Assembly: GCF_006345805.1 (NCBI RefSeq)
Contig: NW_021829488.1
Coordinates: forward strand, 1-7,019
Length of the DNA stretch: 7,019 bases
Source of the DNA: Octopus sinensis
Lineage: Eukaryota
Direction: 5' to 3'
A program made the translations under genes and the position numbers. This document shows, in pieces, positions 1-5,504 of this stretch. Every line of letters begins with the position of its first letter. The first letter of the stretch is position 1. The notes beneath the pieces were generated by a model. The model was not told where the DNA came from, searched no databases, and saw nothing but the letters and a program-made list of their open reading frames with translations.

Positions 1-127
1 ACGGTCATCAACAGATATTTGGAGACCGCCATTGTGTCAGACGATCTTTTAACTCATTCAAATTTCTTTGGTTGAGCTTGTCCGCTTGCTGTGGCCGTTG
101 GTCATTTTAACAAATGGTCGTTTTTGG

Positions 128-146
128 ATATATATATATATATATT
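128..146. repeat. (TA)n microsatellite
   Basis: Direct reading of an alternating AT run. Confidence 0.9.
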
Positions 147-177
147 CAACAAAGAATTCATAGAATTTAGATTAAAA

Positions 178-437
178 TATCTTTTATCTTTTATTTCTTT
201 AGATCATTGGACTGCGGTCATGCTGGAGTACAACATTGAAGGGTTTTGGGCGAACAAGTCAACTCCAGTATTTATTTTATTTTGAAATCTGATCCTTATT
301 CTATCGGTATCTTTTGCCAGATCGCTAAGTTAAGAGGACGTAAACAACCCAGCACCGGTTGTCAAGCAGTGGCTGAGGACAAGCACAACCACAAAGACAA
401 CGCACACGTAGATACATTCATACATAAATCCATACAT
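178..437 (-). mobile_element. SINE family A, 5'-truncated diverged copy (A1: 3' half plus tail)
   Basis: Aligns by eye to the full copy at 4251-4647 (e.g. tcattggactgcggtcatgctggag vs tcatttgactgcggccatgctggag; gctaagttaagaggacgtaaac vs gctaagtgacggggacgtaaac). Tail repeat tatcttttatctttt at 178-192. Carries an extra ~10 nt (ttgaagggttt), suggesting a different subfamily. Confidence 0.85.
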
Positions 438-644
438 AGTCCCACTGCGTGGCTCCTTGGGCAAATGTCTTCTACTATAGACTGACCAAGGCCTTGTGAG
501 TGGATTTGGTAGACAGAAACTGAAGGAAGCCCGTCGTATTTATATATGTACATATCTATATATGTGTATTTTTGTCTGTGTTTGTCCCCCCACCATCACT
601 TAACAACCGATGTTGGTGTATTTACATCCCCGTAACTTAATGGT
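438..644 (+). mobile_element. SINE family A, internal fragment (A2) starting inside the B box
   Basis: agtcccactgcgtggctccttgggcaaatgtcttctactatag...gccttgtgagtggatttggtagacagaaactgaaggaagcccgtcg...cgtaacttaatggt is the reverse complement of ~4375-4590. Confidence 0.9.
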
Positions 645-805
645 ACAACAGAGTACAACAGATGTCGCCCCCCCCCTGCCGGAGCATCGTGGAGCCTTAG
701 GTGTTTTCCCTCAATAAACACACACAACGCCCGGTCTGGGAATCGAAACCGCGATCCTCCGACCGCGAATCCGCTGCCCTAACCACTGGGCCATTGCACC
801 TCCAC
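642..805 (-). mobile_element. SINE family B, tRNA-like head with truncated body (B1)
   Basis: 699-805 matches 4010-4116 with 6 mismatches in 107 nt. A box TGGCCCAGTGG and B box GGTTTCGATTCC on the minus strand. 38-bp internal deletion relative to B2. Confidence 0.92.
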
Positions 806-835
806 TGTTGCTGCTGTTGCTGTTGTTGTTGTTGT
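806..835. repeat. Interrupted (TTG/CTG)n microsatellite
   Basis: tgttgctgctgttgctgttgttgttgttgt; 810-830 is identical to 1026-1046. Confidence 0.9.
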
Positions 836-1025
836 CAAGCAACAAGACGGGTAAGGGTGATTAGGTGGTGGTCTAGGGCTTAGGGGCGGGAGACCCCAGA
901 GCTTGGAAAAAAAAACTTTGGTCGTCTTGTAGTCGAGGGCTCTCCGTTGACGCCCGACACCACTGGGAGGTGACCCTAGAAGTCGCTGGAAATGAAGATC
1001 TCCAGGTCCAAATTCTTGAAAGGCT
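831..1025 (-). mobile_element. Unclassified ~195-bp GC-rich insert between 21-nt direct repeats (possible 3' fragment of a retroposon)
   Basis: Flanked by identical gctgctgttgctgttgttgtt at 810-830 and 1026-1046. Composition differs from the flanks. Strand is inferred from the (CAA)-type end; no second copy in the window. Confidence 0.4.
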
Positions 1026-1243
1026 GCTGCTGTTGCTGTTGTTGTTCAGCCTCAGGTCAACATTACCTTGATAAAAGGTATTCCAGCCATGACCATTCCG
1101 TTTTCCTCTTTTCAAACATTGGACAACCTTATCCAGCCTTATCTAAATTGTCTTTCTTTTTTCAGAAAACAGAATGTAATTTGAGAGAGATATGACTGCT
1201 ATTTCTAGTGAATCAAAGACCACCTAGACGTTTCCTAGTTGGT
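1026..1243 (-). mobile_element. Probable interspersed repeat family C, 3' part with (AAC/AGC)n tail
   Basis: gttgttcagcctcaggtca...ggtattccagccatgaccattccg...tgtaatttgagagagatatgactgctatttctag resembles an abundant octopus repeat from memory. No internal copy to confirm it, so the boundaries are approximate. Confidence 0.5.
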
Positions 1244-1407
1244 TTATGGTCATTCAGGAATATAAACACTCTAAGCTATCTAGTTCGGTGCTCTCTGCTA
1301 TTTTTGACACTAAAATATTTACGCATTAAAAGTGTTATTAATCGAGGAATGGTGTTGAAAAAGAAAAGAAAAACAACACACCCAAGACTCCGACAGGTGA
1401 AAGATAT

Positions 1408-1470
1408 TCCTCCTCCTCCTCCTCCTCCTTCTTCATCTTCTACTCATCATCATCATCATCATCATCATTA
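1408..1470. repeat. Compound (TCC)n-(CAT)n microsatellite
   Basis: Direct reading; source of the poly-Pro and poly-His in ORF 1208-1573. Confidence 0.92.
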
Positions 1471-1499
1471 TTTGTTGTGGCCAACAAGCCACCTTTTGA

Positions 1500-1732
1500 G
1501 GCGGCGGGCTAGCAGAATCGTTAGCACGCCGGGCGAAATGCGCAGCCGTATTTCGTCTGTCGTTACGTTCTGAGTTCAAATTCCGCCGAGGTCGACTTTG
1601 CCTGTCATCCTTTCGGGGTCGATAAATTAAGTACCAGTTACGCACTGGGGTCGATATAATCGACTTAATTCCTTTGTCTGCCTTTGTTTGTCCCCTCTGT
1701 GTTTAGCCCCTTGTGGGCAGTAAAGAAATAAG
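1500..1732 (+). mobile_element. SINE family E, near-full copy E1
   Basis: A-box-like TAGCAGAATCG and B-box GAGTTCAAATTCC. Four further homologous copies in the window. Tail tttgtctg...gccccttgtgggcagtaaagaaata. Confidence 0.9.
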
Positions 1733-1917
1733 AATCGTTAGCATGCTGGACGAAATGCTTAGCTGTATTTCATCTGTGTTTTACGTTCCGAGTTCAAATT
1801 TCGCCGGAGTCGACTTTGCATTTCATCCTTTCGAGGTCGATAAATTGCGTACAGGGGTCGATCTAAACGACTGGCCTCCTCCCCCAAAATTTCAAGCCTT
1901 ATGCCAATAATAGAAAA
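1731..1917 (+). mobile_element. SINE family E, copy E2 (5'-clipped, different 3' tail), directly joined to E1
   Basis: agaatcgttagcatgctggacgaaatg...gagttcaaatttc...tttcatcctttcgaggtcgataaa; tail cctcctcccccaaaatttcaagccttatgcc followed by (TAT)13. Confidence 0.85.

Positions 1918-1956
<39 letters not shown>
1918..1956. repeat. (TAT)13 perfect microsatellite, probable tail of E2
   Basis: Direct count of 39 nt. Confidence 0.95.
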
Positions 1957-1959
<3 letters not shown>

Positions 1960-1962
1960 TTT

Positions 1963-2180
1963 GAGCTGGCAGAATCGTTAGCACGCCGGGCGAAATGCTT
2001 AGCGGTATTTCGTCTGCAGTTACGTTCTGAGTTCAAATTCCGCCGAGGTCGACTTTGCATTTCATCTTTTCGGGGTGGATAAAATAAGTGCCAGTTACGC
2101 ACTGGGGTCAAGGTAATCGACTAATCCCCACCTCCCCTCAGCTGGCCTTGTGGCAAAATATTTGAAATAATAATAATAAA
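1963..2180 (+). mobile_element. SINE family E, copy E3 (third tail variant) with (AAT)n tail
   Basis: A box TGGCAGAATCG at 1967-1977, B box GAGTTCAAATTCC at 2029-2041; tail ccccacctcccctcagctggccttgtggcaaaatatttgaaataataat. Confidence 0.9.
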
Positions 2181-2257
2181 TATTATTATTATTATTATTA
2201 TTAGTAGTAGTAGTAGTAGTAGTAGGAGGAGTAGTAGTAGGAGAGGAGGAGGAGTAG
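2166..2257. repeat. Compound (AAT)-(ATT)-(AGT)-(AGG) microsatellite
   Basis: Direct reading. Confidence 0.92.
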
Positions 2258-2292
2258 ATCCTTGGGGATGATAAGGAAATCTAATAAAGCAA

Positions 2293-2363
2293 TCATCACC
2301 ATCATCTCCATCATCATCATCTTCATCATCATCATCATCTTCATCATTATTATCATCAGCAGC
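2293..2363. repeat. Degenerate (CAT)n microsatellite
   Basis: Direct reading. Confidence 0.9.
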
Positions 2364-2370
2364 AAAATAA

Positions 2371-2443
2371 TAAATGTTGTTTTTTTAAAAAAAACATGAT
2401 TTTCAGGTGGGCTTTTTTTCGACAAACATTTCCTGTTCTCCAT
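2371..2443 (+). repeat. ~70-bp direct repeat, copy 1
   Basis: Shares exact gattttcaggtgggctttt (2398-2416) and caaacatttcct (2423-2434) with 2774-2837 at an offset of 394. Confidence 0.88.
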
Positions 2444-2760
2444 TATTATCATTAACGTCGTCGTCATCATCATCAATAACACCAACATCATCACCACCAC
2501 CACTACTCCCAACATCCTCATCACCATCATCATCATCATCATCATCGATTTCGTCATCAAAGACTATCACCACCTACACCAGCATCACATCTGCCACAAC
2601 CACTAATATTCTCCTCCTCCTGCTCCTCTTCTTCCTTCTCATCATCGTCATCATCATCATCACCACCACCACCACCACCACCACCACCATCATCATCGTC
2701 ATCATCATCATCGTCATCATCATCGTCATCACCACCACCACCACCATCATCATCATCATC
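2441..2760. repeat. Long degenerate (CAT/CAC/CTC)n trinucleotide tract
   Basis: Direct reading; produces the poly-Ser/Thr/Ile/Met/Val ORFs. Confidence 0.92.
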
Positions 2761-2773
2761 TATCTATCTATTT

Positions 2774-2837
2774 TAAATGTCTTAAAAACACGATTTTCAG
2801 GTGGGCTTTTCTTCTCCAAACATTTCCTCTACTCCAT
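2774..2837 (+). repeat. ~70-bp direct repeat, copy 2
   Basis: See copy 1; exact blocks at 2792-2810 and 2817-2828. Confidence 0.88.
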
Positions 2838-3164
2838 CTGTTTTATTTCTAAGTATATGTGTGTGAGAGAGAGACAGCGAGAAAGAGAGAGGGGCAAGAC
2901 AAAGACTGACAGACAGGCATAAAACGGAAGGGGAACTCCTCGCTAAAACAGTTGCATCACTTAACAAGACACGGGGAACATTTGTTGTTGATTCACCAGG
3001 ATCGCTAATAACTCTCATAGTTTATATAACCCGGGTGCGTTAACTCTTTTATTTAGATCTTTCCGAATACAGCTTCATATACACCTTAACAAAACTTATC
3101 AAACGTTATCAGGCTGGTGAGAGCTTTTCATTAAATCTCTAAATATGTGTAGACATTCAGTGTG

Positions 3165-3387
3165 TGGCAGAACCGTTAGCACGCCGGGTGAAATGCTTAG
3201 CGGTATTTCATCTGCCGCTACCTTCTGTGTTCAAATTCCGCCGAGGTTGACTTAGCCTTTCATCCTTTCGAGGTCGATTAAATAAGTACCAGTTACGCAC
3301 TGGGGTCGATATAATCGACTTAATCCCTTTGTCTGTCCTTGTTTGTCCCCTTGTGTAGCCCTTGTGGGTAGTATTAGTAAAGAATAG
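3165..3387 (+). mobile_element. SINE family E, copy E4 (E1-type tail)
   Basis: tggcagaaccgttagcacgccgggtgaaatg...gttcaaattccgccgagg...cccttgtgggtagtattagtaaagaatag. Confidence 0.9.
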
Positions 3388-3574
3388 TATTTCGCCTGCC
3401 GTTACGTTCTGGGTTCAAATTCCGCCGAGGTCGACTTTGCCTTTCATCCTTTCGGGGTCGATTAAATAAGTACCAGTTATGCACTGGGATCGATATGATC
3501 GACTTAATCCATTTGTCTGTCCTTGTTTGTCCTCTCTGTGTTTAGCCCCTTGTGGGTAGTAAAGAAATAGGTAT
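3387..3574 (+). mobile_element. SINE family E, copy E5 lacking the A-box region, tandem with E4
   Basis: Starts at gtatttcgcctgccgttacg and ends ccccttgtgggtagtaaagaaataggtat. Confidence 0.9.
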
Positions 3575-3732
3575 AGAAGGATAGAGTAAGGAACATTCAA
3601 CGCTAGAAAATTATATTGGCAATAATAAAGATAATAAAATTAATCTTAATATTTCGAGTAAAATAACACTTTTGGAAAGTGTGAAAAGAGTTTGTTTGAC
3701 CCGAAATATTAGAATTGAATATTTTTAAAGGT

Positions 3733-4116
3733 GGAAGCACTCCGTCGGTTACGACGACGAGGGTTCCGGTTGATCCGATCAACAGAACAGCCTGCTCGTG
3801 AAATTAACGTGTAAGTGGCTGAGCACTCCACAGACACGTGTACCCTTAACGTAGTTCTCGGGGGATATTCAGCGTGACACAGAGTGTGACAAGGCCGGCC
3901 CTTTGAAATACAGGTACAACAGAAACAGGAAGTAAGAGTGAGAGAAAGTTGTGGTGAAAGAGTACAGCAGGGATCACCACCATCCCCTGCCGGAGACTCG
4001 TGGAGCTTTAGGTGTTTTTGCTCAATAAACACTCACAACGCCCGGTCTGGGAATCGAAACCGCGATCCTACGACCGCGAGTCCGCTGCCCTAACCACTGG
4101 GCCATTGCGCCTCCAC
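3733..4116 (-). mobile_element. SINE family B, full-length copy (B2, 384 bp) with 12-bp target-site duplication
   Basis: TSD ATTTTTAAAGGT at 3721-3732 and 4117-4128. A box at 4094-4104 and B box at 4050-4061 (minus strand). The head loosely resembles tRNA-Arg, which would fit the octopus OR-type SINEs, but this is unconfirmed. Confidence 0.95.
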
Positions 4117-4250
4117 ATTTTTAAAGGTAACATTTCAATGTCTTTGTTTTTGTTAATACTGATATTAATGCTCGATTTTTTATTGGTATAAAAACATAAC
4201 AAACGAACATAGTCGTGTCTTTAGAAAAGAAAAGCAGATCTCCCTTCTGT

Positions 4251-4647
4251 TATTCTTTTATTTGTTTCAGTCATTTGACTGCGGCCATGCTGGAGCACCG
4301 CCTTTAGTCGAAGAAATCGACCTCCGGACTTATTCTTTTTAAGCCTAATACTTATTCTGTCGGTCACTTTTGCCGAACCGCTAAGTGACGGGGACGTAAA
4401 CTTACCAACATCGGTTGTCAAGCGATGTTGGGAGGACAAACACAGACACACACATACATATATATACATATACGTACATATATACGACGGACTTCTTTCA
4501 GTTTCCGTCTACTAAATCCACTCACAAGACCTTGGTCGGCCCGTGGCCATAGTAGAAAACACTTGCCAAGGGTACTACACTGTGGGACTGAACCCAGAAC
4601 CACGTAGTTGGGAAGTAAGCTTCTTACTACACAGCCACACCTGCGCC
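4251..4647 (-). mobile_element. SINE family A, full-length copy (A3)
   Basis: Head GGCGCAGGTG-TGGCTGTGTAG (A-box-like, 4627-4637), B-box-like GGTTCAGTCCC (4584-4594), internal (TA/CA) spacer, and 52-nt tail at 4251-4302. Confidence 0.92.
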
Positions 4648-4653
4648 TGCATA

Positions 4654-5062
4654 TATTCTTCTATTCTTTTACAAGTTTCAGCCCAAAGGTTGTGGCCAAG
4701 CTGGGGCACTGCCAGCATACTCACCTTTTCTATTGGCTTTTGGTGAAGGAGAGAGTTCGATACTGTTGTCCTCTTTTGAGTTTCCTACCTTGTTATTGGC
4801 TCGTTTGAGACTTTGTACAGCAGGGGTTCAAGTTGCTTCTTGAAAACATCTACCTTCACTCCATGAAGATCCCTCAGATGCTTTGGCAATGCGTTAAACA
4901 GCTGTGGGCCCTTCAATCCCAAGCAATTGCAGTGCATGATCCTCACTCAAGATGGGACAGCTGGCACCTTTGGAACAGCGCAGTGGCGTCCGGTTAGGGA
5001 TCTGTATTGCACACAATTCCGAAGTTTGGTACCAGCCCCTTCAGTATCTTCCATGTATATAT
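4654..5062 (-). mobile_element. 5'-truncated 3' end of a CR1/L2-group LINE (ORF2 C-terminus plus 3' tail)
   Basis: Manual translation gives IYTWKILKGLVPNFGIVCNTDP / (frameshift ~4995) TGRHCAVPKVPAVPS*VRIMHCNCLGLKGPQLFNALPKHLRDLHGVKVDVFKKQLEPLLYKVSNEPITR*ETQKRTTVSNSLLHQ. This fits the post-RT pattern YxWKIL.GLVPN...GP.LFN.LP..LR...FK..L...V..EP...SNSL of CR1-group ORF2 proteins. The tail ends in AAGAATA repeats. Confidence 0.85.
4740..5062 (-). pseudogene. Disrupted LINE ORF2 C-terminal remnant
   Basis: One frameshift near 4995; in-frame TGA (4947-4949) and TAG (4785-4787), both one transition from CGA and CAG. Confidence 0.8.
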
Positions 5063-5237
5063 ATATATATAGTTTCGAATTTGTGTGATTGTGTATAGAA
5101 TAATATGTCTACTTATCTGTCGATCTGTCCGGTTCGTAACTATTCTGCCTGCTCACCGCCTTGTACAGTTAAATATTGAGACGTGTGTGTGCGCGCCCAC
5201 GAACGTGTGTACCTGTGTACACTCGTACTCACATGCG

Positions 5238-5368
5238 TATATATATATATATATATATATATATCATACATATACATATATATCTGTATATATACACACA
5301 CACACACACACATATACTGGCAACGACACACACATAGATAGATAGATAATAGAGGTAGTGTAGATAGA

Positions 5369-5418
<50 letters not shown>

Positions 5419-5419
5419 G

Positions 5420-5504
<85 letters not shown>

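Noticed and set aside
1-120. Minus-strand peptide RNLNELKDRLTQW, faintly like a Tc1/mariner transposase C-terminus
   Set aside because: Only ~13 residues, needs a frameshift to continue, and is cut by the window edge; not supportable without a tBLASTn search including upstream sequence.
701-1195. Poly-Cys ORFs suggesting metallothionein- or toxin-like peptides
   Set aside because: The Cys runs come from (TGC/TGT)n tails, and the rest is antisense SINE sequence.
1143-1200. Strong-looking splice acceptor tctttcttttttcAG at 1164-1165
   Set aside because: All three downstream frames stop within ~30 nt, and the site lies inside probable repeat C.
2353-2359. CTGATGA on the minus strand (hammerhead core), considered for a retrozyme explanation of the E tandems
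   Set aside because: It lies in a (CAT)n tract with no stem II or GAAA, and no hammerhead core is visible in any E unit.
2371-2837. Repeat-spacer-repeat layout reminiscent of CRISPR
   Set aside because: Only two diverged copies, a 330-nt low-complexity spacer, eukaryotic context and no cas genes.
2201-2922. Long ORFs with poly-Met/Ser/Thr/Ile/Val (2201-2560, 2407-2922, 2574-2759)
   Set aside because: Translations of trinucleotide microsatellites, which lack stops in several frames; no splice or domain evidence.
4040-4116. tRNA-like sequences here, at 735-805 and at 4575-4647
   Set aside because: A and B boxes are present, but there is no proper acceptor stem and they continue into repeated bodies; they are SINE heads, not tRNA genes.
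4245-4661. TSD for SINE A3
   Set aside because: The flank similarity (ttctgttattc vs ttcttctattc) is explained by the homologous SINE and LINE tails; no clean duplication is visible.
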